The notes under the pieces were generated by a model, which saw nothing but the letters and a program-made list of their open reading frames with translations, did no database searches and had not been told where the DNA came from. Positions 33,901-34,443 of a stretch of 34,443 nucleotides of DNA are shown piece by piece (the first letter of the stretch is position 1; the number at the start of each line of letters is the position of its first letter). Source of the stretch: Catajapyx aquilonaris (taxonomy: Eukaryota); assembly GCA_000934665.2 (NCBI GenBank), contig JYFJ02004143.1:1-34443 (forward strand). Direction: 5' to 3'. Made by a program: the position numbers and the translations under genes.

Positions 33901-34443
33901 CTGTTCAAGGCAAAATAAAGTAAAATATCACTATCAGTTCTTGTAAACATTTTCTTTGCTTGCCACATGACAGGCAAACATATGAATAATGACATGGTTT
34001 GAAATTTGCAATTGAGGCGCCTTCTTCCAAAACCCGATAAATCCAAGATAAATGGTTCCGAGATAATTGAGAAAAAGCTGTGGTGCCGAAGCTAATTAAT
34101 ATTACTAGACAGGCCCAAGTCCATCTGCTACATATGTGGATGCTGCATATGATGAGCTTTTACAAGAAAATGATCAACATCGTCAAGTCGTAGTTTCAGG
34201 AATAGTCGTTGTGGATATATCGATTTTTGCTGCAAAGAGAGTGGATTTGGCGGTTTTTGCAACATTGAGGATGAGGCACAAAATATATGGGCGAGTGGCC
34301 TTCCGTTCGATTTGCCTGAAAATCGGATATGTTGTAGCCCAGACCCTCCTGATCAATGTTAGATAGGGACATTTCGAGGTAGGACCTACAGGGAGCGTGC
34401 TATTGACCTCCGAAGGTCATATGGGATATGATCTAGTTTTCCG

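Noticed and set aside
33990..34443. Transposon-like sequence in the DSTYK intron
   Set aside because: The composition suggests a non-autonomous repeat, but no termini can be defined within the window.
1..34443. CRISPR arrays, operons or prokaryotic defence systems
   Set aside because: This is spliceosomal-intron animal DNA with no regularly spaced direct-repeat array.

Overview
Compact, intron-containing animal genomic DNA, probably an arthropod (55-110 bp introns, acidic Porcupine N-terminus; taxon not determinable). About 1-9.5 kb has no recognisable protein gene. It holds one intact tRNA-Pro(AGG), two decayed copies of it, old DNA-transposon MITEs and enhancer-like motif clusters. From 9.5 kb onward is a dense gene block whose exons I reconstructed by hand with phase-consistent GT-AG junctions: porcupine (-), PQBP1 (+), AATF (+), Asterix/WDR83OS (-), fumarase (-), BET1 (+, absent from the ORF track), a PAP2/PLPP-like gene (+) and the 3' end of DSTYK (-). 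The most notable feature is a 1538-aa adhesion GPCR nested antisense in the 6.1-kb intron 2 of AATF. It has C-type lectin, Ig-like and HRM-like modules in an internally duplicated ectodomain, an intact GPS and a 7TM domain, and is almost entirely encoded by one 4.3-kb exon. Several intronic MITEs are present, including a mariner derivative built from two 3' ends. Gene identities come from recalled family motifs, not database searches.
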